Origin: Microcystaceae cyanobacterium
GTDB taxonomy: Bacteria > Cyanobacteriota > Cyanobacteriia > Cyanobacteriales > Microcystaceae
Assembly (NCBI GenBank): GCA_041746575.1
Contig: JBGTGT010000022.1
Coordinates: forward strand, 9,991 to 73,990
Length of the DNA stretch: 64,000 bases
Reading direction: 5' to 3'
Positions 20,797 to 31,779 of the stretch are shown here, piece by piece. The notes under the pieces were generated by a model. It had not been told where the DNA came from. It did not search any database and saw only the letters and a program-made list of their open reading frames with translations. A program made the position numbers and the translations under genes. The number at the start of each line of letters is the position of its first letter. Within the stretch, counting starts at the first letter, position 1.

Positions 20797-21858
20797 ATGG
20801 ATAGCAAAGGATTAAGGCGATCGCTGTTAGAATGGTATCAGGGACAAGGCCGTCAACTACCGTGGCGAAATCAAGCTGATCCTTACAAAATTTGGGTTTC
20901 CGAAATTATGTTACAACAAACCCAAGTTAAAACGGTAATTCCTTACTATGAACGATGGTTGCAAACCTTTCCCGATCTAGCCACCTTAGCAAAGGCAGAT
21001 TTACAGTTGGTTTTAAAAGCATGGGAAGGATTGGGCTATTATGCGCGTGCCAGGAATCTGCATCAAGCGGCACAGCAAATTCAAGGAGAATATCAGGGAA
21101 AATTTCCTGATACCCTCGAAAAGGTTTTAACATTGAAAGGTATTGGTCGAACGACGGCCGGAGGAATTCTAAGTTCTGCCTTTAATCAACCAATTTCCAT
21201 TTTAGATGGTAACGTCAAACGGGTGCTATCTCGCTTAATCGCTTTGTCTGTTCCCCCTAAACAGGCAATTAATCAATTATGGGAGATATCTGACCAAATT
21301 CTTGATCCTATCAATCCAAGAGACTTTAATCAAGCGTTAATGGACTTAGGTGCCACCCTTTGTGTTCGCAGTCAACCAAAATGTTTATTATGTCCTTGGT
21401 CAAAATTTTGTCTAGCATACAGTAAAGGTATTCAAAATCAACTCCCTATGAATGAAATGGCTAAACCGATTCCCCATAAAAATATTGGCGTTGCCGTGAT
21501 TCGCAACCATCAAGATTTGATTTTAATTGATCGTCGGCCCCCTAAAGGACTGTTAGGAGGATTGTGGGAATTTCCGGGGGGAAAAATCGAAGAAAACGAA
21601 ACAATACAAGCGTGCATCAAACGGGAAATCGCCGAAGAAATTGATATTGAAATTGAAGTAGGGGAACCTTTAATTATGATTAATCATGCCTATACTCATT
21701 TCAAAGTGACCTTGAATGTTTATTTATGCCGCTATCTGTCAGGCGAACCAAAACCGATTGAATGTGAAGAAATCCGTTGGGTTGCCTTAGATGAACTGGA
21801 GCAATATCCGTTTCCTAAAGCGAATTCTCAAATTATCGAAGCTTTAAAAAAGAGATAG
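20797..21858 (+). CDS. mutY: A/G-specific adenine glycosylase with C-terminal NUDIX domain
   Basis: VSEIMLQQTQV, GLGYYARARNL, HhH LKGIGRTTAG, 4Fe-4S cysteines, WEFPGGK. Confidence 0.96.
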   Translation: MDSKGLRRSLLEWYQGQGRQLPWRNQADPYKIWVSEIMLQQTQVKTVIPYYERWLQTFPDLATLAKADLQLVLKAWEGLGYYARARNLHQAAQQIQGEYQGKFPDTLEKVLTLKGIGRTTAGGILSSAFNQPISILDGNVKRVLSRLIALSVPPKQAINQLWEISDQILDPINPRDFNQALMDLGATLCVRSQPKCLLCPWSKFCLAYSKGIQNQLPMNEMAKPIPHKNIGVAVIRNHQDLILIDRRPPKGLLGGLWEFPGGKIEENETIQACIKREIAEEIDIEIEVGEPLIMINHAYTHFKVTLNVYLCRYLSGEPKPIECEEIRWVALDELEQYPFPKANSQIIEALKKR

Positions 21859-21888
21859 GGTTAAAAAGCATAAAATCCACCATCAGTT

Positions 21889-22782
21889 TCACGGAACGTA
21901 CAACGTCAAACTCTGCGGTACACATTCCACCTGAAGAGGCGTTTCTCCGAAAAGTTCGCCATCAATCACCACTTTTTGAGGAGGATTTGTCGTTATTCGG
22001 ATCTTTCGGGTATGAAAATAGCTAATATCATCCCGTTGAGTCGCTTCATTTTGTAAAGCTGTTTGTAAGAGATGATATGAGAGGGCAACCGCATCCGTTC
22101 GATTGATTGGGGCAACGATAGTAACATCCAGCATGCCATCGTGGGGCAGAATATAGGCCGGTCCCTGTGCCAAGATAGAGGTAGGGGGTGCGACATTGGC
22201 AACGGTCAGCGCGGCCACCTGAGAAACCGAAAATTTCTCTGTTTCTGTTTCCAACGTTGCCTCAAATTGCTTCAATTCCTGTAACTGCTGAATCCCTGAG
22301 AGAACGTAAGCGAGAAGTCCCCAGCGTTTTTTCATTTCTGCTTCAGTTTCTTCGATGGTTTCTGCTTCAAAACCAATTCCGGCCAATAATACCATCGTTC
22401 GCCCGTTACAGCGAGCCGTGTCAATCACCTGCGTTGTGCCGTTTAAAATGACTTGACACGCTTCTTCAAGATTACTGGAAATTCCTAGAGCCGTCGCCAA
22501 CGCATTTGCCGTACCACAGGGAATAATACCGAGCGGGATTGAAGTATGCAGTAATCCGCCGGCCACCGTTGAGATAGTTCCATCTCCTCCCGCCACAATA
22601 ACCCCATCGAGTCTCAAAGACACCGCCTCTTGAACCAACTGCTCAACGCAGATATCTTGATGGATAATTTGAATATCGAGCTCAAAATCAGTAGATAACT
22701 GTTGTTGAATCACGGCTAAGCTTTGGTCAGGATTACCTTGACCCGCCTTAGGATTGAAAATTAGACGAGCGATACGAGACAT
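21889..22782 (-). CDS. YegS/BmrU diacylglycerol kinase family lipid kinase
   Basis: FNPKAG, AGGDGT, PCGTANALA, IDGE. Confidence 0.92.
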   Translation of the reverse strand: MSRIARLIFNPKAGQGNPDQSLAVIQQQLSTDFELDIQIIHQDICVEQLVQEAVSLRLDGVIVAGGDGTISTVAGGLLHTSIPLGIIPCGTANALATALGISSNLEEACQVILNGTTQVIDTARCNGRTMVLLAGIGFEAETIEETEAEMKKRWGLLAYVLSGIQQLQELKQFEATLETETEKFSVSQVAALTVANVAPPTSILAQGPAYILPHDGMLDVTIVAPINRTDAVALSYHLLQTALQNEATQRDDISYFHTRKIRITTNPPQKVVIDGELFGETPLQVECVPQSLTLYVP

Positions 22783-22785
22783 ATC

Positions 22786-24342
22786 TTATATAACAAAGGA
22801 ATCGAGGGAATAATGATGCCATTGCTGGTGATGCCACTCGGCTACATAAGGACAAAGCACGAATTTAGGAGGATTACCAGCGTGAATGTCGATTTTCAAA
22901 AAAGAATAGGGTCGTCGTTTGTTAGAACCCTGGCCGTTACGACCGATAAATCTTAGGGATTGGGCAACTTGACGCATTTTGCCCCTATTATCTCTTTCTG
23001 TAAGGATTGGCCCTTGCGATCGCTGACGACGCAGGCTGTGACCACTGCCGCCACAGATTACCCAATGAATCCGAGAATCGGCGTGTCCCGTTCCTTCAGT
23101 GTAGAGATGTTCTAGACAATGGGCATGACCACAGAGGACGAGATCCACGAGAGGACGGCTTTGAGTAGTATCTCCTAAAGACTCAGCGACTTCATCTAAC
23201 ACACGACGCAAACGACGACGAATAGCCAAGGTCTGTCCTTGATCCCATTTGGTTGCTTCTGTTACGTAGGGAGGATGGTGAAAATATAATACTCTGCCAC
23301 GGCTTGTTTCTTTTTGCCATGAGCGAATCAGTTGCGCTTTTAACCAGTCCAGTTGTTCGTAATCAATCACCCCTCTTTGCTTATCGAGTCTTTTATCAAT
23401 ATCTCGTTGTTCTTCTTCAATTTGATTCAGTTTACCCCGATCATCATCGAGCTTTTCCTTATCTTTTGTGCGCTCAAAACTCAGTTCTTGGGATTCTTCG
23501 AGAATCTGTTGTTTTTGGGCTTCTAGGACTTGACGACGAATTATCAGTTCTTGACGCATTTTTTCCCCCGCTTGGGTTTCAGGAAGGGGAGCAGGGGCAT
23601 TGAACGTATTGGAATCAAGGGCAAAAAAATCAATATCACCGTAACAAAAAGTATAATAACGATTGGGTAAACGGGTAAATTGTTTGGGTTGATAGCGTAA
23701 ACAGCGATCGCCGTTCACCTGAGCTGTATAATATTGGTCTAAATGTTGGGCTAACCCTTGAGGGGTTTTAATCTCTAACAAATAATCTAAAAATGCTTGG
23801 GCATAGGCCTGACCTTGAAAAGAACCATGCCATCCTACATCAAAATCGATTTTCGTAAATAATAAATGGCGCAATCCCCACGTCAATTGAGACAAAGCAC
23901 CATAGACCAAGGGAAGATCGTAATAATCATGGTTACCGAGAACAGGTAAGAAGGGTAAATTAAAAAGCAAGCGATCATAAGCGATTTTTTCGGGAAATTC
24001 GCCACCGACTAAAAATTCTTGATAGGGTTCAATAAAGTTAGTATAATAATACTCGCTTGACCCGACTTGGTAAACCACATCCCCTGTATGCAGGATAAAA
24101 TTTGCCGATTGCTGAAGCATCATTTGCGCAATGTGTCTTTGGGGATGATAACCGTAATGGTCGCCGCAGCCACTATCACCAATGACCAAAAAAGAGAATT
24201 CTGGATTATCTGCTTTCCAGTCGTCAATGACTAAATGGGTTTGTTCAATTCCCCGTGCTTTGAGGGCAGGTTCTTGCCATCGTACTCTTCGCTTCATTTG
24301 GTTAATTTTGGCGGAGATAGGGGGGTCACTCACAAACTGCAT
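22786..24342 (-). CDS. Calcineurin-like metallophosphoesterase
   Basis: IGDSG, HTGDVVY, LGNHDYY, FHHPPY, CGHAH; internal coiled coil. Confidence 0.88.
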   Translation of the reverse strand: MQFVSDPPISAKINQMKRRVRWQEPALKARGIEQTHLVIDDWKADNPEFSFLVIGDSGCGDHYGYHPQRHIAQMMLQQSANFILHTGDVVYQVGSSEYYYTNFIEPYQEFLVGGEFPEKIAYDRLLFNLPFLPVLGNHDYYDLPLVYGALSQLTWGLRHLLFTKIDFDVGWHGSFQGQAYAQAFLDYLLEIKTPQGLAQHLDQYYTAQVNGDRCLRYQPKQFTRLPNRYYTFCYGDIDFFALDSNTFNAPAPLPETQAGEKMRQELIIRRQVLEAQKQQILEESQELSFERTKDKEKLDDDRGKLNQIEEEQRDIDKRLDKQRGVIDYEQLDWLKAQLIRSWQKETSRGRVLYFHHPPYVTEATKWDQGQTLAIRRRLRRVLDEVAESLGDTTQSRPLVDLVLCGHAHCLEHLYTEGTGHADSRIHWVICGGSGHSLRRQRSQGPILTERDNRGKMRQVAQSLRFIGRNGQGSNKRRPYSFLKIDIHAGNPPKFVLCPYVAEWHHQQWHHYSLDSFVI

Positions 24343-24629
24343 AGAGATTTTAATCCGAATTTAAAGGATAAGTCAGTCGGCAAAAATAAATCAAAAGAAT
24401 TGTGCAATATAGTACCTCAATCCTTTACTGTTGCCTCGTCTTCATTTTAAGCTGATTGACAACTATTTTCATAGATTACTTAGAAAACGGGCTTCAATCA
24501 TCATTCTTAAGAAGGAAAATCGCTTAAAAATAATTTGTCGTCTTTTTATCCGTATTCTCTGCTCATTTTTATGAATAATTAAGGGATACTGCTCTCTTTT
24601 ACGAAAATCGATTATTGGGTCAAATGATC

Positions 24630-24661
24630 AAAAAAAAAGACAGTATCGTAAAGATACTGCC
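24630..24661 (-). terminator. Intrinsic terminator after ftsH
   Basis: Minus strand ggcagtatc-tttac-gatactgtc followed by a long T run. Confidence 0.8.
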
Positions 24662-24698
24662 GCATAACTTGCCATAAAAATTGAGAGAAGGGATAAAA

Positions 24699-26549
24699 TT
24701 AGGCGATCGCTGCCATTTTTACTTCACTTTCAGTAAGAAGCTGATTTAACTCATCCGCATCTACCGTTTCTTTTTCCATCAGCATTTCTGCTAATTTATC
24801 TAGGATTGAACGATTATCGATTAACACCGCCTTGGCGCGTTTGTAAGCTTGATCCACCAGATGACGAACTTCTTCATCGATGACAGAAGCCGTTTCATCA
24901 GAAAAATCCCGATCTGAGGCGATATCCCGACCTAAGAAGACACCTCCTCCTTGACGACCTAAGGCCACAGGGCCTAAGCGATCGCTCATCCCAAAACGGG
25001 TAATCATCTGTCGTGCCACCCGAGTGACCTGTTGCAGATCACTGGATGCGCCGGTTGTGACCTCTTCTTCGCCAAAGATAATTTCTTCAGCAAGACGTCC
25101 ACCGAGAGCAACTGCCATTTGATTTTGCAAGTAAGCACGAGAATATAAACCTGATTCCATGCGATCTTCACTGGGAGTAAACCAAGTCAACCCACCCGCT
25201 TGACCACGGGGAATAATGCTAATTTTCTGCACAGGATCATAGTCAGGAATTAAGGCACCAATCAAAGCATGACCGGCTTCGTGATAGGCGACAAGGGTTT
25301 TGCGTTTTTCGCTCATCACCCGACTCTTCTTCTCTGGACCAGCAAGGACGCGGTCAATCGCATCGTTAATCTCATCCATGGAGATTTCTGTTAAGTTGCG
25401 CCGTGCCGCTAAAATAGCCGCCTCATTCAGTAAATTGGCTAAATCTGCTCCTGTAAAGCCGGGGGTACGACGGGCAATCTTATCGAGATCCACATCTTTG
25501 GAGAGAGTTTTGCCGCGGGCATGAACTTTGAGAATTTCTTGACGGCCAGCATAGTCGGGGCGATCAACCACCACTTGGCGGTCAAAGCGACCGGGACGTA
25601 GTAGGGCGGCATCCAAAACATCAGGACGGTTAGTGGCGGCAATGATGATAACTCCGGTATTGCCCTCAAAACCATCCATTTCTGTCAACAATTGGTTAAG
25701 GGTTTGTTCTCGTTCATCGTTACCCCCGCCTAAACCCGCACCCCGTTGACGACCAACGGCATCAATTTCATCAATAAAGACAATACAAGGGGCATTGGCT
25801 TTGGCTTGTTCAAATAAATCTCGGACGCGAGAAGCTCCCACGCCAACGAACATTTCTACAAATTCTGAACCCGAAATAGAGAAAAAGGGAACACCCGCTT
25901 CGCCAGCAACGGCTTTTGCTAAGAGGGTTTTACCGGTTCCGGGAGGGCCAACGAGGAGAACTCCTTTGGGAATTTTAGCCCCAATGGCCGTAAAGCGATC
26001 GGCGTTTTTGAGGAAGTCAACCACCTCAGCTAATTCCAGCTTAGCTTGTTCAATCCCTGCTACATCACCAAAGGTCACTTGGGTTTGCGGTTCCATTTGC
26101 ACTCTGGCTTTCGATTTGCCAAAATTCATGGCTTGAGAGCCGGGGCCGCTTTGAGCGCGACGCAGGAGTAAAAATAAGCCTCCAATTAAGAGAATCGGCA
26201 GGAATAGACTACTGGCTACCCGAAACCAAAATCCTTCATCACTTTGGGGTTGAATGGAGATATCAACGTTGTGATCGGTGAGAATACTGATTAAATCAGG
26301 ATCAGGAGGAAGATTCACCAGTTGCGGTGCGCCGCCTTGAGTACTGATAACCCGCGCTTGGGTGCGATCAGCACTGAGAGTCACTTTATGGATTTCGTTC
26401 TTTTCGACTTGTTGAACAAAGTCGCTATAGGCTAAGACTTCCTGCGGTGCAGGTTGTCTATCAAAGAAAGCAGATGCGAGTGCTAGGACAACAATCAGTA
26501 ATAAAGCATATAATCCGGCATTACGCCATTTTTTGTTATTTTTGTTCAC
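24699..26549 (-). CDS. ftsH3: ATP-dependent zinc metalloprotease FtsH (FtsH3-type)
   Basis: N-terminus [38 protein letters not shown] start. Confidence 0.93.
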   Translation of the reverse strand: MNKNNKKWRNAGLYALLLIVVLALASAFFDRQPAPQEVLAYSDFVQQVEKNEIHKVTLSADRTQARVISTQGGAPQLVNLPPDPDLISILTDHNVDISIQPQSDEGFWFRVASSLFLPILLIGGLFLLLRRAQSGPGSQAMNFGKSKARVQMEPQTQVTFGDVAGIEQAKLELAEVVDFLKNADRFTAIGAKIPKGVLLVGPPGTGKTLLAKAVAGEAGVPFFSISGSEFVEMFVGVGASRVRDLFEQAKANAPCIVFIDEIDAVGRQRGAGLGGGNDEREQTLNQLLTEMDGFEGNTGVIIIAATNRPDVLDAALLRPGRFDRQVVVDRPDYAGRQEILKVHARGKTLSKDVDLDKIARRTPGFTGADLANLLNEAAILAARRNLTEISMDEINDAIDRVLAGPEKKSRVMSEKRKTLVAYHEAGHALIGALIPDYDPVQKISIIPRGQAGGLTWFTPSEDRMESGLYSRAYLQNQMAVALGGRLAEEIIFGEEEVTTGASSDLQQVTRVARQMITRFGMSDRLGPVALGRQGGGVFLGRDIASDRDFSDETASVIDEEVRHLVDQAYKRAKAVLIDNRSILDKLAEMLMEKETVDADELNQLLTESEVKMAAIA

Positions 26550-27224
26550 GCTTGATCGGCCTCCAACAGTGATTAAGATTAAGATGGCAGGAGGGATAAC
26601 AGAGTATAAATTGAGTTATCGCTCGTCATGAATTTGATCCTTGTTAACTTATGTTAACCTTTCTCAGTAACCAGTGACCAGTCATCCGTGAGCTGATTTG
26701 TCATTTAAGGCTCGTTTTGGCTGGGGATTAAAGCTCAATTTTATCGCTAGCTCCCCCCAAATCTTCGTAAATTCGCTAGAGGAACAACCTAATATGAACT
26801 TTTTTTTAGCAGGTTGAATCAGTCAAAACGATACAGTTTAGACTGACTATCCAGGGTTGATGGTAAAAATATATTGATTTTAGACAAAATAGCCATGCTT
26901 TCTAGGGTTGTCGCATCGGCACTCCTATTTTGTCATCTTAACAAATTCGGGTCAGTCCATCCTTAAATTGTTAAGATTTTTTATTCTTAGGGGGGGGTTC
27001 ATCGACTACCTGAATTCTACCAACAGTAGATATCGTTAATATTATCCGTAATGTCCGAATGCCGGTCAAATTCTTAGCCCGCTCATTATTAACAACAGTA
27101 GATAATATTAACACAGGTACCCTTGCTGATTCAGGCAATTTTGCTACGTTTGGAACGACCGATGGTCAGATTTTTCTTTCAATCGATGCTAATTTGACCT
27201 AGCAACCGAATGTCTGAGCTTTGC

Positions 27225-27845
27225 TTAATAGGACACGCCTGGTGTTTTCTTCAGGTAAGTATCATCATTGACTTGTTTCAGCATGAAGTCAGCTACGTCG
27301 GCACGAGAAATTTTCGCCCCGTATTCGATAGATTCACCGTCACGAAACTTCCCAGTATGCGCTCCGTTGGTCAATCCTGCCGGACGGACAATTACCCAAT
27401 CTAACTGACTTTGTTTAATAATCTGTTCCTTATCCTCATGATCTGCGATCGCGTTTCGCAATACAAGCGGGATGATGATCAAACGAAATAGGAGATTAAT
27501 CCGATGGCGACTATCACCGACACCTAACGAAGACTGATAAATGAAACGCCGCACATTGTGCTTCTCCATCGCCCGCACAATATGATGCACACCTTCGGTG
27601 AGTGCCGGATTTTTCTTTAAGCTGGATGAGCCAAGGGCAGACAATACTACATCTTGCCCTTTTACTGCTTCCTCCAACGTTGCGGTATCTGTTACGTCAC
27701 CTTCAACAACCTTCAAACTTGGGTGTTGAATGTCAAGTTTGGCTGAGTCTCGCACGAATGCAGTCACTACATTTCCTAGTGCGAGTGCTTGCTTAACAAG
27801 TTCACACCCTGTGCCTCCAGTTGCCCCAAAAATTAGCAAATTCAT
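27225..27845 (-). CDS. NAD(P)H-binding atypical SDR (flavin reductase/BVR-B-like)
   Basis: IFGATGGTG, WVIVRPAGL, ISRADVADFM; start ATG 27845. Confidence 0.9.
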   Translation of the reverse strand: MNLLIFGATGGTGCELVKQALALGNVVTAFVRDSAKLDIQHPSLKVVEGDVTDTATLEEAVKGQDVVLSALGSSSLKKNPALTEGVHHIVRAMEKHNVRRFIYQSSLGVGDSRHRINLLFRLIIIPLVLRNAIADHEDKEQIIKQSQLDWVIVRPAGLTNGAHTGKFRDGESIEYGAKISRADVADFMLKQVNDDTYLKKTPGVSY

Positions 27846-27946
27846 AATATTTTCCTCGTGTAACAACACAATCGGCTTTTATCTTTTTTTAGCTATCGCT
27901 TTTTTAGAAAAGCTGTATTTAATACGATTTGGTGAGTTGTGAAACT

Positions 27947-28417
27947 TCAGGAGTGACGCGCACTCATTGTAGGCGAGATCCCTGCGGGATCACTACGAAG
28001 ATGATTGACTGGAGTCTCAACCAAGACAGAAATTAGGAGCGCACCCAGCCCCATCAATTGCAGAACGAAACGGGCTACGTGCGAGTATTCCCACTGGCTT
28101 CTTACCTGTGTCCAGTTTGCTGGCACTGACTGGGGTGTCCATTGGAAAATCTCACGATTCATCGGTTCTGTAAACACTAAGAAAACAACAAAGAACGCTA
28201 ACGCGAAACAAATAGTTCCTGCTAACGTCCACTGGAAGGTCGGTCGCCGCTTGCGGACTAAGAACATTAGCACCGGCGTTGCTAAAAAGACAGTAGCCGC
28301 CTCAAAGTACCCACCGATATGTCCGAAGCCCCAATACAAGCTTTGTTGGATTGTCGTCCAGAGAGCCGAATCGTAGTTCATCTTGGCTGGCAGTTCTAGT
28401 GCATGGGCAAATGCAAT
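27947..28417 (-). pseudogene. 5'-truncated DUF1772/anthrone oxygenase family membrane protein
   Basis: Frame continues upstream of the called Met as IAFAHALELPAK-M and runs into the IS6-type repeat; PMNREIFQW..PANW..R.QWEYSH. Confidence 0.7.
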
Positions 28418-28517
28418 GGTACTGTTGCAAAAAATTTTTGAACCACTATCTGTAGCGTAGTAGTTGGCTTGTCACTCTACTACACATAGTGTTTAGCGAT
28501 TTTTTTGCAACAGAGCC
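28418..28517. mobile_element. 100-bp IS6-family-type miniature element
   Basis: Ends ggtactgttgcaaaaaa and (reverse complement) ggctctgttgcaaaaaa resemble IS26/IS6100 inverted repeats; internal cactat/atagtg and gtagtag/ctactac stems; no target duplication. Confidence 0.8.
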
Positions 28518-28592
28518 CAAAAAGGATTCTGAGATAGGAATAATTCTCGTTTTACAGGGAAGCAAAGTATTGGCCTTTTGACGATTAAAATC

Positions 28593-28618
28593 ATAAAAAT
28601 AGGCGCAAGAGTGCGCCT
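28593..28618 (-). terminator. Probable terminator after psbX
   Basis: aggcgca-agag-tgcgcct stem followed by attttt on the minus strand. Confidence 0.65.
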
Positions 28619-28663
28619 TAAAAACAATTGTTGTAAATTTAACGAAGTTAGTCCAAAGAGAGA

Positions 28664-28783
28664 CTAGGAACGCTTAATTTTGTCGTATTGACTGATGAAA
28701 ACCAGTCCAACCGCAATGGGGATAACAACGATAACCGCGCCCCAAACTAAGCTCCAGAGAAAGTTTGCTAATGAAGGTGTCAT
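28664..28783 (-). CDS. psbX: Photosystem II protein X (missing from ORF track)
   Basis: Hand translation [39 protein letters not shown], 39 aa. Confidence 0.95.
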   Translation of the reverse strand: MTPSLANFLWSLVWGAVIVVIPIAVGLVFISQYDKIKRS

Positions 28784-28857
28784 AAAGTCTTTAACCTTTG
28801 CTTGCTTCAAATATTGTCGTTTAATTATTGTAAAGGTTTGTGGTCAAGGTTAACCGA

Positions 28858-29451
28858 TTAATCTAGCGGTTCTCCTGTCGGACGATAAATTAAGATATCC
28901 CATTGACCTTCTGTTGCCGCTTCAAAGGCAATGCGAGAGCCATCAGCACTAATAACGGGATTACGGACTTCTGCGTTTAAATTTGCAGTAATATTACGTT
29001 TCTGCTCTGTTTTTCGGTCGTAAAGATAAATAGCAGATTTTCCTTGACGGTTAGCGGCAAAGACAATAACTTGTCCATCGGCGGTGATAGAGGGATGAGA
29101 GGCAATTTGATCGAGGGAATTTAACCCCGGTAGGGAAATAATTTGACGACGTAGGGCATCGAAAAGATAGATGTCTTGTGAACCATTGCGATCTGATGTA
29201 AAAACAATAAAATTTCCGTTATTTTGAGGATTTAGCTCAGAAGTTCGACTGTTTAAGCTTCTTCCTCCAGCATCAACGGGAAAATTAAGCAATCGAGGAT
29301 AACCGCTACATCCTGATAATAAGCCTACTGATAGCAATATTCCCCAAAAAACTCGATAATCAAGTATTAAATGGGGGGGGTGAGCTTTAAATCTAATCTT
29401 TAAAAACTGAGAACCGAATATCTGTTTACAGAATAAATTTAGATTAGCCAT
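28858..29451 (-). CDS. TolB-like PD40 repeat lipoprotein
   Basis: Lipobox LLSGC; IVFTSDRNGSQDIY, PSITADG, PVISADG repeats; true start probably downstream. Confidence 0.8.
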   Translation of the reverse strand: MANLNLFCKQIFGSQFLKIRFKAHPPHLILDYRVFWGILLSVGLLSGCSGYPRLLNFPVDAGGRSLNSRTSELNPQNNGNFIVFTSDRNGSQDIYLFDALRRQIISLPGLNSLDQIASHPSITADGQVIVFAANRQGKSAIYLYDRKTEQKRNITANLNAEVRNPVISADGSRIAFEAATEGQWDILIYRPTGEPLD

Positions 29452-29508
29452 TTTTCAGATAGTATGATGATCCTAATAAATTAAGCGGACGTTAAAATAG
29501 CCCCAACC

Positions 29509-31638
29509 ATGACTGAATCTTCTTTTGCAGACAAAGCCTATCCCCTTCCTGCACCATTATCTTCTTTTTTGACGCTTGAAATTGATTCTAGCGATACAGA
29601 AGCGAGCATTACCCTAGATAATCAGGAAATTGGGCTTATTCGTCAACCCGTGGGCTTAATTTTAGCAGTTTTTGAATCGGTAACCGATCATCCTCTTTAT
29701 TGTACCTGTTTGGACGTTACGCAAGATAGTGATATTTTAGTAGAATTATTACTAAAATTAAAGGATAATCAATTAATTGCTTTAATAATTAAGTCAAATA
29801 CTCCGATAAGCTTAAGCGATCGCACTAAAAATACGTTGAATCATTGGGAAAGTTCTCTAACATCCCTCGATCCTTTTCAAGGAACATACGGTATTATCGG
29901 ACGTAAAGGTTCAAGCCATCTAACGGAATCCCTTTCTTCTACGGCTCAGATGAGTTGTGCTATTACCCTTAATTATCAGTCCAATCCGGCAGAAATTGCC
30001 TATCCTGTTTTAATGCTAAGGGCAAGCGATTCAAACGGTGACCACCCCACGCCAAAAATCACTCTTGATGATTGCCCCATTCTATTTGAAGAAAAGGAAA
30101 ATGAACCTTTTAAAGTAGTTGTTTTCGATGAATTAACAGGTATTCCTTTGGAAAATGAGAGTTTTAATCCTTGGAATCCCCATGAAGAACGAAGATTTCG
30201 GGAATTAGTCGACACGTTACCTCATGGTAGAGGTATTGCCTGTTGTCTCACGATTGCTGAAGCTACCCTTTTCTCCCGTGCGGAAGCCTTATCCTCTCCT
30301 CTACAACGAGTCATTCAATCGTTAGGCAGTCGTTTTGTCGAAAAATACCAAAAAGGGCAAACGTGGTTTATGGTGGGCTATAAAGGCGTTTCGTCGGGTT
30401 CGGCTTTAGAAATACTCCAAATTTCAACCCACTTTCCCTTAATGCTGAAAGTTTGGTTATCCCCTACACTTTCCCCTTCTGTTTATTGGCAACCTCCGCA
30501 AAAATTATACGCTCCTAATTACCATAGTGACGATGCTTTTGGGGGAACATTGGCTATGGATGGTAACACCGCTTTAATGGCATCTCCCTTGGCGGATACA
30601 GCCCTAGAGCGCAATGTCGGGGCGGTTTATGTATTTCACTTTAATCAAGGGCAATGGCAATATCAACAAATGCTACAACCCCATGATCTAGAGTATCAGC
30701 CTGTTTTTGGTAAATCAATGGCAATCGAAGGAGAAAAAATTTTAATTGGGGCTTATTTTGCGGATTCCTATTGGAAAATAGCGACAGGGGCAATTTATAG
30801 TTTTATTAAAAAAGAAAAAATGTGGCAACAAAGTCAAAAATTGCAACCCCACGATTTACATCCCGAAGATTGTTTTGGCTGTGCAGTGGCGATCAATCAA
30901 GATACTGCCTTTGTAGGGGCGTACAATAGCTTAAATCTGTTCAGACAAGCAACTGGTGCGGTTTATGTCTTTAAACACATCAACGGTACTTGGCAAGATC
31001 AGCAAAAGCTACAACCCACTCATTTAGAGAAAGGAGATAATTTTGGACACTCAGTAGCTATTAATGGTAATTTTGCGGCAGTGGGGGCATATTTAGCCCA
31101 AACAACAGGCATTGTTTATCTCTTTCAGCAGGAAAACGGTATTTGGCAAGAAAGCCAAGTTATACAACCTACAGATTTACAAGCAGGAGACTGTTTTGGA
31201 TACTCGGTGGCATTAGAAGGGGATATGTTATTGATTGGAGCAAAAAATGCCAAAAAAGGGGCTAAAATTGGAGCAGGTTCAGTTTATTTTTATCAGTACC
31301 GTCATGAACAATGGCAACGTATTCAACGGTGGCAACCTTCAGATTTAAGAGGATATGAACATTTTGGGCATTCTGTTGTCTTAGACGGCGATTTAGCGAT
31401 GGTAGGAGCTGATCAAGGCAGTTCAGTGACGGAAGCTTATACAGGGGCTGTTTATACGTTTCAGCGACAAGGTAATATTTGGCAGCCTCACCTTAAATTG
31501 TATGGCATTAATGCTAAGGCCGGCGATCGCTTTGGTTATGCTATTGCCTTGAAAAGAGATCTGATTCTTGTAGGTTCACCGTCAGCAGAAGTATTTGGTC
31601 GTAAAGGGGCAGGGATTGTTTACCCAGGGCATTTTTAA
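29509..31638 (+). CDS. ILEI/PANDER-like domains plus FG-GAP beta-propeller
   Basis: SLGS..QTWFMVGYKG and YGIIGRKG segments; seven FG-x-x-x-A...GA...GAVY repeats. Confidence 0.75.
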   Translation: MTESSFADKAYPLPAPLSSFLTLEIDSSDTEASITLDNQEIGLIRQPVGLILAVFESVTDHPLYCTCLDVTQDSDILVELLLKLKDNQLIALIIKSNTPISLSDRTKNTLNHWESSLTSLDPFQGTYGIIGRKGSSHLTESLSSTAQMSCAITLNYQSNPAEIAYPVLMLRASDSNGDHPTPKITLDDCPILFEEKENEPFKVVVFDELTGIPLENESFNPWNPHEERRFRELVDTLPHGRGIACCLTIAEATLFSRAEALSSPLQRVIQSLGSRFVEKYQKGQTWFMVGYKGVSSGSALEILQISTHFPLMLKVWLSPTLSPSVYWQPPQKLYAPNYHSDDAFGGTLAMDGNTALMASPLADTALERNVGAVYVFHFNQGQWQYQQMLQPHDLEYQPVFGKSMAIEGEKILIGAYFADSYWKIATGAIYSFIKKEKMWQQSQKLQPHDLHPEDCFGCAVAINQDTAFVGAYNSLNLFRQATGAVYVFKHINGTWQDQQKLQPTHLEKGDNFGHSVAINGNFAAVGAYLAQTTGIVYLFQQENGIWQESQVIQPTDLQAGDCFGYSVALEGDMLLIGAKNAKKGAKIGAGSVYFYQYRHEQWQRIQRWQPSDLRGYEHFGHSVVLDGDLAMVGADQGSSVTEAYTGAVYTFQRQGNIWQPHLKLYGINAKAGDRFGYAIALKRDLILVGSPSAEVFGRKGAGIVYPGHF

Positions 31639-31779
31639 CCAAAAGCATCTAATTTTATTTCTTTTAAAAGAGGTATTAAGCCATTTGGTAACAGCAGTTA
31701 CCCAAAAACAGCCTCAAGCAATTCCTTCGCCATGCTCTTATAATTGGATAGTTTCTCCCAGGGTAAAGGTTAATCATTC

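Noticed and set aside
27001..27202. caacagtagata repeated twice and protein-like fragments
   Set aside because: Only two 12-bp copies, so not CRISPR; possible gene relic but no family can be supported
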